Assembly: GCA_903898185.1 (NCBI GenBank)
Contig: CAIUEN010000364.1
Coordinates: 13,394 to 77,393, forward strand
DNA length: 64,000 bases
Direction of reading: 5' to 3'
From: an uncultured Verrucomicrobiales bacterium
GTDB taxonomy: Bacteria; Verrucomicrobiota; Verrucomicrobiia; Limisphaerales; Palsa-1400
Shown: in pieces, positions 35,994 through 43,320 of the stretch
Layout of the letters: every line of letters begins with the position of its first letter
Numbering within the stretch: position 1 is the first letter of the stretch
Position numbers and translations under genes: made by a program
The notes under the pieces: model-generated
Database searches by the model: none
What the model saw: the letters and a program-made list of their open reading frames with translations, nothing else
What the model was told of the DNA's origin: nothing

Positions 35994-37214
35994 ATGAATC
36001 CCAGTCCGTCGAATCCTTCCATCACTATACGATCAACCGGTCAAAACGCGGTCACTCGCCATTCCCGGCGCTGGCTTCCGTATGCCGGAGCCGTTATGCT
36101 GCTCAGCCTCATTGTGGCAGGGCTTTGGCCCAAGCCGATCCCAGTCGAAACAACCCACGCCATGCAGGGCACTTTGCGCGCCACTGTTAACGAAGAGGGT
36201 AAGACTCGGATCAAACAGCGATACGTCGTCTCCGCGCCGGTGGCCGGCCAATTACGCCGCATTCCATTCAAAGCGGGCGCCGAGATGCGCGCCAATGAAA
36301 CTGTGGTGGCAGTAATCGACCCGATCTCACCTGCCCTGCTCGATGCCCGCGCCCGCTCTCTGGCCGAGGCCCGCCGCGACACGGCATCCGCCAACCTGGA
36401 AAAGGCCCGCGCCGCGAGCGCCTACGCATTGAGCGAACTCCACCGGTTCAAAAAACTGCGCGCCGACAAGGCGATCAGCGATCAGGAGTTCGATGCCGGT
36501 CAATGGCGCCTATCCGCCGCCGCCAAAGACGAGTCCGCCGCGCAAAGCGCATTGCGCCAGGCTGAAGCCGAATTGGCCGAATTTACACCCGGCAGCGTCC
36601 CGGATCAGCGGCCTCCGACGGAAGTCAAAGCCCCGGTCAACGGACGGATTCTCCGCATTTTCGAACCCAGCGCCCGCGTTGTCACAACCGGCGCGCCGCT
36701 GGTGGAAATCGGCGATCCAACCGATCTCGAAGTGGTGATCGAAGTCCTCTCCCGCGATGGCGCGGCCATTGCGCCCGGAGCCAAGGTCAGCCTCGAACAG
36801 TGGGGCGGCGGCGACCCGATTAATGCGCAAGTACGCCTGGTGGAACCGGCGGCGTTCACCAAAGTATCGGCGCTGGGCGTCGAGGAACAAAGAGTCAACA
36901 TCATCGCCGACCTTATCATGCCTCCAGCACAACATGCTGGCTTGGGCGACAGCTTCCGGGTCGAAGCGCGAATTACGGTATGGGAATCAGATCGAACGCT
37001 CAAAGTCCCCTCCGGCGCGCTCTTTCGGCGAGGCAACAAATGGGCGGCATTCGTCGTGCAAAACGGGCGCGCGGAATTGCGCCAGGTCCAAGCCGGTCGC
37101 TCAAGCGGTCCGGAGACCCAAGTGCTGGACGGTCTCAAAGAAGGCGATGAACTGATCCTCTACCCAGGGGATCGCGTGCAGGAAGCGCAACGCGTTAAAC
37201 CGGTGGTGTTTTGA
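35994..37214 (+). CDS. HlyD-family periplasmic adaptor (membrane fusion protein)
   Basis: 406 aa with an N-terminal TM (AVMLLSLIVAGLW), a coiled-coil hairpin, and lipoyl and beta-barrel segments (...APVNGRILRIFEPSARVV..GAPLVEIGD...). Confidence 0.85.
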   Translation: MNPSPSNPSITIRSTGQNAVTRHSRRWLPYAGAVMLLSLIVAGLWPKPIPVETTHAMQGTLRATVNEEGKTRIKQRYVVSAPVAGQLRRIPFKAGAEMRANETVVAVIDPISPALLDARARSLAEARRDTASANLEKARAASAYALSELHRFKKLRADKAISDQEFDAGQWRLSAAAKDESAAQSALRQAEAELAEFTPGSVPDQRPPTEVKAPVNGRILRIFEPSARVVTTGAPLVEIGDPTDLEVVIEVLSRDGAAIAPGAKVSLEQWGGGDPINAQVRLVEPAAFTKVSALGVEEQRVNIIADLIMPPAQHAGLGDSFRVEARITVWESDRTLKVPSGALFRRGNKWAAFVVQNGRAELRQVQAGRSSGPETQVLDGLKEGDELILYPGDRVQEAQRVKPVVF

Positions 37215-37906
37215 CAGTCGATGTGGCCGCCAACGGAGTCGAGGCTATCAAAGCGCTCGAAATGTTCCCTTACGGTCTGGTGCTGATGGACGTGCAGATG
37301 CCGGAGATGGATGGGTTCGAGGCCACCAGAGCAATCCGCAATCCGCAATCATGCGTTCTCAACCACCAAGTAACCATAGTTGCCATGACCGCTCACGCCA
37401 TGCAAGGCGACCGCGAGAAATGCGTGCAGGCAGGCATGGACGATTACCTCACCAAACCAATCGAACGATCTGCTTTGATTGCGGTTTTGCAAAAGTGGCT
37501 CAAACCAAAAGGCGAACAGGAACATGCGGTGGCCAGCGAGCCGGAAGAAAGAGTCGCCATCTCCAATGATGAAAAGGAACTCGTAGTCTTTGACCGTGCG
37601 GCATTCATGAATCGAGTGGGGGATGACAAGGACTTGGATCGGACGATTCTTGATGGCTTCTTGGAGGATCTGCCCAGCCAAATCACGCAGTTGAAGGCCC
37701 ATCTGGCGGTCGGCGATGCCCACCTTGTCGAACAGCAAGCTCACAAGATCAAAGGTGCCAGCGCCACGGTGGGAGGCGAAGCTTTGCGTGCCGTCGCTTG
37801 GGCGATGGAGCAAGTCGGCAAAGCTGGAGATCTGGATGCGGCCAGAGCCCGCGTAACCGATCTGGACGAGCAATTCAATGCGCTCAAGAAAGCGATGAAT
37901 CGTTGA
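37211..37906 (+). CDS. receiver (N-terminally truncated) - HPt phosphotransfer protein
   Basis: The only possible starts are TTG 37211 or GTG 37223. The frame is closed by a TAA at 37196-37198. The REC begins at alpha1/beta2 (ANGVEAIKALEMFPYGLVLMDVQMPEMDG...VAMTAHA...YLTKP), so about 22-25 residues are missing, including the beta1 acidic pair. The C-terminal HPt carries HKIKGASATVGGEAL. Confidence 0.6.
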   Translation: MTVDVAANGVEAIKALEMFPYGLVLMDVQMPEMDGFEATRAIRNPQSCVLNHQVTIVAMTAHAMQGDREKCVQAGMDDYLTKPIERSALIAVLQKWLKPKGEQEHAVASEPEERVAISNDEKELVVFDRAAFMNRVGDDKDLDRTILDGFLEDLPSQITQLKAHLAVGDAHLVEQQAHKIKGASATVGGEALRAVAWAMEQVGKAGDLDAARARVTDLDEQFNALKKAMNR

Positions 37907-37968
37907 ATCGTTGAATCGTTCCAGATGGGTGCTTTCGATTCAACGATTCACGATTCAACGATTCAACG
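37897..37968. repeat. inverted arrays of an 8-nt tandem unit (GAATCGTT x3 / CGATTCAA-like x4) forming a long hairpin
   Basis: GAATCGTTGAATCGTTGAATCGTT (37897-37920) is complementary to CGATTCAACGATTCACGATTCAACGATTCAACG (37936-37968). It contains the TGA stop of the REC-HPt gene and sits between convergent ORFs. Confidence 0.7.
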
Positions 37969-37991
37969 GTTCTGCTGTCCAAAAGCATGGC

Positions 37992-38252
37992 TCAACTCCG
38001 GCCTGGAAGTGGACTGTCTTTGCGGATTTCGCGCTGCCACGCCACAGGGTCGGTGATGTTCTGGAACGTGCCCATCCTGCGCAATTGACGAAGCGCAGTC
38101 AGAGCCATTTCCCGCGTTGGGCGGTCGGTAGTTTGGGGTTCTGTTTCCAACGTGGCGATGACCTTCACCTTTCCCCGCCGCAAATTCCGCGGCACGGGCA
38201 GGTGCAGCGTCCCGTCAGCATCAGCTTCTAAAGTAGCGGTGATCGTGCTCAC
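37992..38252 (-). CDS. possible small antitoxin-like protein (AbrB/SpoVT-like beta-strand N-terminus with a ...DPVAWQREIR tail); no ATG start
   Basis: This is the C-terminal 86 codons of ORF 37992..38543, starting from GTG 38250-38252 (VSTITATLEADADGTLHLPVPRNLRRGKVKVIATLE...ITDPVAWQREIRKDSPLPGRS). The upstream part of the ORF translates repeats. There is no adjacent toxin gene. Confidence 0.3.
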   Translation of the reverse strand: MSTITATLEADADGTLHLPVPRNLRRGKVKVIATLETEPQTTDRPTREMALTALRQLRRMGTFQNITDPVAWQREIRKDSPLPGRS

Positions 38253-38424
38253 GCTTGAGAATTTATCCCAAGTTGCGGGCCGCGTAAAGGCACCTATCGC
38301 CCAATCCACCTCAAAGGGTGTGTGACCGGAAAGTAACCGGGGCACACGAAGGCACGAAGGCACAAAAAGGATTGGGTGTGGGTTTGGTACTGTCTTTCCA
38401 AGGGAGAAGGTCGAACCGGAAAGG

Positions 38425-38540
38425 GTTGAATATCCAATATCCAACAAGGAATGTCCAATTTCCAAGGGGGGAGTCAACTGTAGAACAAGCTGTCTTTCCT
38501 TCCTCCTTGGACATTCCTTGTTGGATATTGGATATTTAAC
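38425..38540. repeat. family-D long inverted repeat (34-bp arms, 48-nt spacer)
   Basis: GTTGAATATCCAATATCCAACAAGGAATGTCCAA (38425-38458) pairs with TTGGACATTCCTTGTTGGATATTGGATATTTAAC (38507-38540) with one mismatch. A half copy lies at 51677-51709. Confidence 0.75.
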
Positions 38541-38684
38541 CATTCCTCATTTCCAGCGTGAGTTGCTTTTCGCCCTATTGAGAACTGCTGGTCCCGAGGG
38601 TAAGAAACTTGACGCCAGCCGCTTTTTCCGCAATATGCTACTCGCAGCCGGGCTTGCAGCCCGGTGAGATTTATATATAAAATC

Positions 38685-39911
38685 ATGAACTTGGACTCTC
38701 TTTACTCAAGTCTGACCGTTAAGACTGACGCCAAACTCGTTTTGCTTGTGCTTGATGGTCTCGGCGATATCGCCACCAAAGAAAACGGCTTCCTCACTCC
38801 GCTGGAAGCGGCCAGGACGCCCAACTTGGATGCGTTGACGCGCCAAGGCGCCGCCCAGGGACGCATGATACCCATCGCTCCTGGCATCACTCCTGGCAGT
38901 GGCCCCGGCCACCTCGGCTTGTTCGGTTACGATCCTTTGGAATTTCAGGTTGGACGCGGCGTTATCGAAGCCTTGGGCCTTGGCATTGAACTCAAGGGAG
39001 GCGATATCGCCGCCCGCGCTAATTTCTGCACGCTCGACGCAAACGGTTTGGTCACCGACCGTCGCGCCGGACGCATTGACACCTTGGTCTGCGAGGCGCA
39101 ATGCAAACTTTTGTCTGATAAGATCAAGAAGCTTGGCGAAACCGAAGTCATCATCAAGGCCGGCAAAGGACATCGTTTTGTTGTAATCTTCCGTGGCGCA
39201 GGGTTGGAAGGCCCACTGACCGACGCCGACCCTGGTCGCGAAGGTTTGGCCATCCCAACCAGCAAGCCGACCGATGCCAAATCGGCCAAGCAGAAGAAAG
39301 CCGCCAAGCTCATCGCGGATTTCTACAAAGCGGCCCTCCCGGCGCTCAAGAACTGCAAGCCGGCGAATGGTTTCCTGATGCGTGGCATCGCCCACCAGCC
39401 GGAGATTCCGTTGTTTGAGCAGCGCTACAATCTCAAGCCGGTCTGTCTGGCGGTTTACCCAATGTATAAGGGCTTGGCCCAACTGGTTGGCATGACCAAA
39501 ATCGAAGGCCCCCAGACCATCGCCGAACAGTTCGAGCGGTATCTGCTTGAATACAACAATTACGACTACTTTTTCATCCACTACAAATACACCGATCAAT
39601 ACGGTGAAGACGGCAAGTTCGACCTCAAGAAAAAGGCGATTGAAGATCTGGACGCCGCGCTGCCGATCCTCCTTAAGAAGCAGCCGACAGTTTTGGCGAT
39701 CACCGGCGACCACTCGACGCCCGCTCCGATGAAGGGACATTCGTGGCATCCGCAGCCTGTCATGCTGATTTCCGACTGCTCGGGTTCAGACAAGCTGGAG
39801 CGATTCACCGAGACCGGCGCGAATTCCGGTTCGCTTGGCATTTTTGAAGCGAAGTATCTGGTTCGCCTCATGCAGGCGAACGCCCGGATGTTTGACAAAT
39901 TTGGCGCGTAA
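38685..39911 (+). CDS. apgM: cofactor-independent phosphoglycerate mutase, archaeal type (ApgM)
   Basis: I chose the start at ATG 38685 (MNLDSLY...). Supporting motifs are LVLDGLGD, TPNLDAL, PGSGPGHLGLFGYDP and ITGDHSTP. Confidence 0.9.
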   Translation: MNLDSLYSSLTVKTDAKLVLLVLDGLGDIATKENGFLTPLEAARTPNLDALTRQGAAQGRMIPIAPGITPGSGPGHLGLFGYDPLEFQVGRGVIEALGLGIELKGGDIAARANFCTLDANGLVTDRRAGRIDTLVCEAQCKLLSDKIKKLGETEVIIKAGKGHRFVVIFRGAGLEGPLTDADPGREGLAIPTSKPTDAKSAKQKKAAKLIADFYKAALPALKNCKPANGFLMRGIAHQPEIPLFEQRYNLKPVCLAVYPMYKGLAQLVGMTKIEGPQTIAEQFERYLLEYNNYDYFFIHYKYTDQYGEDGKFDLKKKAIEDLDAALPILLKKQPTVLAITGDHSTPAPMKGHSWHPQPVMLISDCSGSDKLERFTETGANSGSLGIFEAKYLVRLMQANARMFDKFGA

Positions 39912-39980
39912 TCGCCACGAGGATGGGCATTGCGCTTCCACTTGTTGTCTCAGGCGCGAGACCCGGTGGAAAAAGCAACC

Positions 39981-40100
39981 TTGTGGGGCAGACCTCTGGT
40001 CTGCCGGTTGAATGGGTCTCTGACCCATCGAATCCGCATCTCCCCAGATGCCAATCCACGGAGTCAGAGACTCCGTCAACTGTCAGGTCAGAGACCTTCC
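39981..40100. repeat. family-B core palindrome (GGGGCAGACCTCTGGTCTGCC, 39985-40005) plus further short palindromes
   Basis: The B core is followed by GGGTCTCTGACCC, CGGAGTCAGAGACTCCG and GGTCAGAGACC palindromes. The track ORF 39923.. translates this stretch as a spurious N-terminus. Confidence 0.55.
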
Positions 40101-40165
40101 CCACAGGGTTGCTTTCCTGTCACGCACCCAGACCCGGTTCATGCCGGGTACTCACGTCTATTGAA

Positions 40166-41116
40166 ATGAGAGTTGTTCTGTTGCTATTTTTTTGGCTTGT
40201 CACCGGACAATGGCTTTACGCCGAGCTCCTTGCCTCAAATACCTGCGCCGCGCAAGAACAGGGAACAACCTTGGTTCCCTATGGTTCATTTCAGATGGGT
40301 GACGCGCTGGATGGTCTGTCCGACGCTCCTGTCCATACGGTCTATGTAAGCGGGTTTTATATGGATAAGTATCTTGTGACAAAATCGCTGTGGGACAGTG
40401 TTTACCATTGGGCAACGAATCATGACTACGGATTTGACAGAGCGGGTTCCGGGAAGGCGGCGACGCACCCAGTCCAAACTGTTGATTGGTGGGATGTGGT
40501 GAAGTGGTGCAATGCGCGTTCAGAGAAAGAGGGGCGGGTGGCTGCGTATTACATGAGCGCGGGACAGACAAACATTTATCGCGCTGGGCGGATCAGTGTT
40601 CAAAACGACTGGGTAAAATGGAATGCGGGTTATCGGTTGCCAACGGAGGCGGAGTGGGAAAAGGCGGCGCGTGGAGGTTTGTTTGAAAAGCGATTTCCGT
40701 GGGGAGATACGATTACGCACAGCCAAGCGAATTATTGCAGTTTCAATGCGTATGACATCAGTCGTTCCAGTTTCAGCGCATACGACATCAGTCAGAGTCG
40801 AGGGTATCATCCGACCTACAATGATGGAGTTACGCCCTACACCAGTCCGGTGGGATCATTTGCGGCAAACGGGTATGGGTTGTATGACATGGCTGGAAAT
40901 GTTGTTGAGTGGTGTTGGGATTGGTATGGAAGTTATGCCAGCGGTTCGCAGGCCAATCCACTGGGTGTTCTCACGGGCTCACACCGCGTGTTACGCGGTG
41001 GCAGTTGGTACAACTACGGCAAAGATTGCCGCTCGGCGGTACGCAGCCACCGTTGGCCGGGCGACGGATACCGCGATGTTGGGTTCCGTTGCGTTCTCCC
41101 TCCAAGCCAGCCGTAG
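40166..41116 (+). CDS. secreted formylglycine-generating-enzyme family (SUMF1/DUF323) protein
   Basis: I chose the start at ATG 40166, which gives a signal peptide (MRVVLLLFFWLVTGQWLYA). Supporting motifs are GSFQMGD, HTVYVSGFYMDKYLVT, YRLPTEAEWEKAARGG, YGLYDMAGNVVEWCWDWY and RVLRGGSW. Confidence 0.85.
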   Translation: MRVVLLLFFWLVTGQWLYAELLASNTCAAQEQGTTLVPYGSFQMGDALDGLSDAPVHTVYVSGFYMDKYLVTKSLWDSVYHWATNHDYGFDRAGSGKAATHPVQTVDWWDVVKWCNARSEKEGRVAAYYMSAGQTNIYRAGRISVQNDWVKWNAGYRLPTEAEWEKAARGGLFEKRFPWGDTITHSQANYCSFNAYDISRSSFSAYDISQSRGYHPTYNDGVTPYTSPVGSFAANGYGLYDMAGNVVEWCWDWYGSYASGSQANPLGVLTGSHRVLRGGSWYNYGKDCRSAVRSHRWPGDGYRDVGFRCVLPPSQP

Positions 41117-41135
41117 CTGTGTGGTTAAATGATTC

Positions 41136-41231
41136 GCAACTATTCAAGTAGCATAGGCATCCTTGCCTGTGCCCCTATTTCCGGCGAGCGTCAGCGAACC
41201 GCTAATTTCTCCCTCTGACCTGAACAGTTAC
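41136..41231 (+). mobile_element. family-A MITE copy A6
   Basis: The copy reads GCAACTATTCAAGTAGCATAGGCATCCTTGCCTGTGCCCC...GAGCGTCAGCGAACCGCTAATTTCTCCCTCTGACCTGAACAGTTAC. It lies between convergent genes. The flanks AATGATTC and GATGTTCA are only loosely similar. Confidence 0.85.
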
Positions 41232-41241
41232 GATGTTCAAG

Positions 41242-42216
41242 TCAACGATCAGCGTAACCGCTGGGATGAGCCTTATGCCAACGCCATGCGGTCTGCACTA
41301 TCTGTTCCAAGCGCGGAAATTGAGGCTTCCAGCCAAGCTCAGTGATCGCTTTTTGAGCGGCGGCTACCAAGCTCGGCGGATCGCCCGGACGCCGGGGTTT
41401 CTCAACGGTCTTGATGCTCACGCCAGCAACTTGCTCGCACATTTTGATGACTTCGCGCACTGAGTAGCCGTCGCCGTTGCCCAGGTTAAAAAAGCCTTGT
41501 TTGCCTGGCGTCAAGGCCAGGATATGAGCCTGCGCCAAGTCAGCGACATGGATGTAGTCGCGAATGCATGTGCCGTCCGGCGTCGGATAGTCGGTACCGA
41601 AAATATCGCACTGGGCTGCCAGGCCCATCGGCACTTTCAACACGTTGGGAATCAGATGAGACTCAATCTTATGGTGCTCGCCAAAATGTTCCGTCGCGCC
41701 TGCGGCATTGAAGTACCGGAAAGCCACAAATTCCAAGCCGTGAATCTGATGATACCAACTCAACACCTTCTCAAACATCAGCTTGGACTCGCCATAAGGG
41801 TTGATTGGCCGTTGGGGCAGATCTTCGGTCATGGGGACGCGGTCCGGTGGCCCGTAGGTGGCGCACGTTGAACTAAAAACAAATTTCTTCACACCCGCCG
41901 CAACCGCCGCATCCAGCAGATTAAGGCCGCTGGCGACGTTGTTGCGAAAATACTTCGATGGATTGACCATCGATTCCCCAACCAGCGCATGCGCGGCAAA
42001 GTGAATAACGGCTTGAGCGCCAGAATCGCGAATCGCGGAGGTTATAGCAGTGATGTCGGCCAAATCGCCTTTCACAAAGAAAGCGCGAGAATCGACCGCC
42101 AAGCGATGACCTTCCGAGAGGTTGTCGAACACCGTGACGCGATGTCCGGCATTGATTAATTCCTCCACACAAACCGAGCCGATGTATCCGGCGCCGCCGC
42201 TAACAATGACATTCAT
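41242..42216 (-). CDS. galE: UDP-glucose 4-epimerase GalE
   Basis: 324 aa with the MNVIVSGGAGYIGS Rossmann motif, a YxxxK catalytic motif (YGESK) and an SDR-extended fold pattern. Confidence 0.9.
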   Translation of the reverse strand: MNVIVSGGAGYIGSVCVEELINAGHRVTVFDNLSEGHRLAVDSRAFFVKGDLADITAITSAIRDSGAQAVIHFAAHALVGESMVNPSKYFRNNVASGLNLLDAAVAAGVKKFVFSSTCATYGPPDRVPMTEDLPQRPINPYGESKLMFEKVLSWYHQIHGLEFVAFRYFNAAGATEHFGEHHKIESHLIPNVLKVPMGLAAQCDIFGTDYPTPDGTCIRDYIHVADLAQAHILALTPGKQGFFNLGNGDGYSVREVIKMCEQVAGVSIKTVEKPRRPGDPPSLVAAAQKAITELGWKPQFPRLEQIVQTAWRWHKAHPSGYADR

Positions 42217-42254
42217 AATAATTTAAGATGATTCGTCCCGCTCACCCATTGCCT

Positions 42255-42352
42255 GTAACTATTCACGTAGCGTAGGCATCCTTGCCTGCGCCCCTCTCTC
42301 TCCGTCGAGCGTCAGCGAGACGCTAATTTCTCCCTATGACCTGAATAGTTAC
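42255..42352 (+). mobile_element. family-A MITE copy A7 with a perfect 8-bp target-site duplication (CATTGCCT)
   Basis: CATTGCCT occurs at 42247-42254 and at 42353-42360, directly flanking GTAACTATTCACGTAG...CCTGAATAGTTAC. The termini GTAACTATTCA and TGAATAGTTAC are perfect inverted repeats. Confidence 0.9.
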
Positions 42353-42962
42353 CATTGCCTTTCAACTCTCCCTTAATGGCGTTCAACAGTTCGCCATAGG
42401 CTTCAAATGGGGTGAACTGCGGGAATTGCTGTTTGATTAATTCAGGCGCATGAAAGAAAAAACCGGCGTTTGCCTCCATGAGCATTGCAGTATCATTGAA
42501 TGAATCTCCGGCAGCGACTATATAATAATACAGACTCTTAAGGGCGATGACCGAATGGCGCTTGGGCTGGGGCTGGCGGAGTTTGTAGTCGGCAACCCGG
42601 CCATTTTCGATCACCAAGTGATTGCAAAAAATAGTGGGCCACTCAAGCTGCTTCATCAGCGGCTTGGCAAACTCCTCAAAGGTGTCGGACAAAATGATGA
42701 CCTGCGTCAGCGACCGCAATTCCCTCAAAAACTCCAAGGCGCCATCAAGCGGTCGGAGTGTCGCAATAACCTCTTGAATGTCCGCCAGCTTGAGACCGTG
42801 CTGGTCGAGAATTTTGATGCGCCCAAGCATCAGCTTCTCGTAGTCGGGTTCATCGCGGGTTGTGCGGCGTAACTCGACAATACCAGTCTTCTCGGCCACC
42901 GAAATCCAAATCTCGGGAACCAAGACACCCTCCAAATCCAGAACAACAACGGACTGCTTCAC
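42312..42962 (-). CDS. thrH: ThrH-like HAD phosphatase (phosphoserine phosphatase / homoserine phosphotransferase)
   Basis: VVVLDLEGVLVPEIWISVAEKTG...DEPDYEKLM..R..ILDQHGLKLADIQEVIATL.PL.GA.EF...VIILSDTFEEFA.PLM.QL..PT..C..L...KLRQ...K..VIALKSLYY.IVAAGDSFNDT.ML closely follows my recollection of Pseudomonas ThrH. I propose the start at GTG 42960-42962. The track start (TTG 43008-43010) lies in the flank of a MITE. The last 13 codons plus the stop are MITE A7 sequence. Confidence 0.8.
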   Translation of the reverse strand: MKQSVVVLDLEGVLVPEIWISVAEKTGIVELRRTTRDEPDYEKLMLGRIKILDQHGLKLADIQEVIATLRPLDGALEFLRELRSLTQVIILSDTFEEFAKPLMKQLEWPTIFCNHLVIENGRVADYKLRQPQPKRHSVIALKSLYYYIVAAGDSFNDTAMLMEANAGFFFHAPELIKQQFPQFTPFEAYGELLNAIKGELKGNGNYSGHREKLASR

Positions 42963-43013
42963 GGCGGGGAGTCTTTCAAAGAAGCACTTGGATGTCCAGA
43001 AAATCGGCAAATC

Positions 43014-43115
43014 AACTATTCACGCACGTACGTAGCATAGGCATCCTTGCCTGTGCCCCTCCTTCCGGCGAGCGTCAGCGAGCCGCTAATTTCTCCCTCT
43101 GACCTGAAAAATTAC
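43014..43115 (+). mobile_element. family-A MITE copy A8 with a perfect 8-bp target-site duplication (GGCAAATC)
   Basis: GGCAAATC occurs at 43006-43013 and at 43116-43123, flanking AACTATTCACGCACGTACGTAGCATAGG...CCTGAAAAATTAC. The left terminus lacks the GT of GTAAC. Confidence 0.85.
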
Positions 43116-43160
43116 GGCAAATCATCCAGCCAGAGCTGCTCTCAAGTCGAGTAGCGTCCA

Positions 43161-43208
43161 CGGAGCCAGAGGCTCCTGGAACCGGCAGACCGGAGGTCTG
43201 CCCCACAA
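43161..43208 (-). repeat. family-B repeat arm
   Basis: CGGAGCCAGAGGCTCCTGGAACCGGCAGACCGGAGGTCTGCCCCACAAGG aligns to 29114-29160 and 51409-51455. Confidence 0.6.
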
Positions 43209-43320
43209 GGGCGCGACTTTAAAGCAACCCTGTCATCCAGCAGTTACTGAAGAAATTCATTTGACGAGTTGGCTCTGTTGTCCTTTAGTCGGTAGTAGCA
43301 TTTATAAAAGGCTTTCTTTA

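Noticed and set aside
38706-39749. Long antisense ORFs inside apgM (38706..39749), sucC (43318..44379), mqnC (32171..33055), mraY (1246..1968 and 1449..1994) and mtnA (21638..22171).
   Set aside because: In every case the opposite strand carries a confidently identified conserved enzyme, and the antisense products are low-complexity. They are shadow ORFs.
39923-40165. N-terminal extensions of several track ORFs: 39923.. (FGE protein), 38253-38543, 43261-43320, 47649-47783, 52318-52509, 26172-26288, 13295-13423, 8254-8334, 62333-62653 and 57370-57651.
   Set aside because: Each extension either translates repeat sequence or overlaps the upstream or divergent gene. In each case an internal start gives a canonical N-terminus (a signal peptide or a conserved first motif). 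I trimmed the coordinates accordingly.
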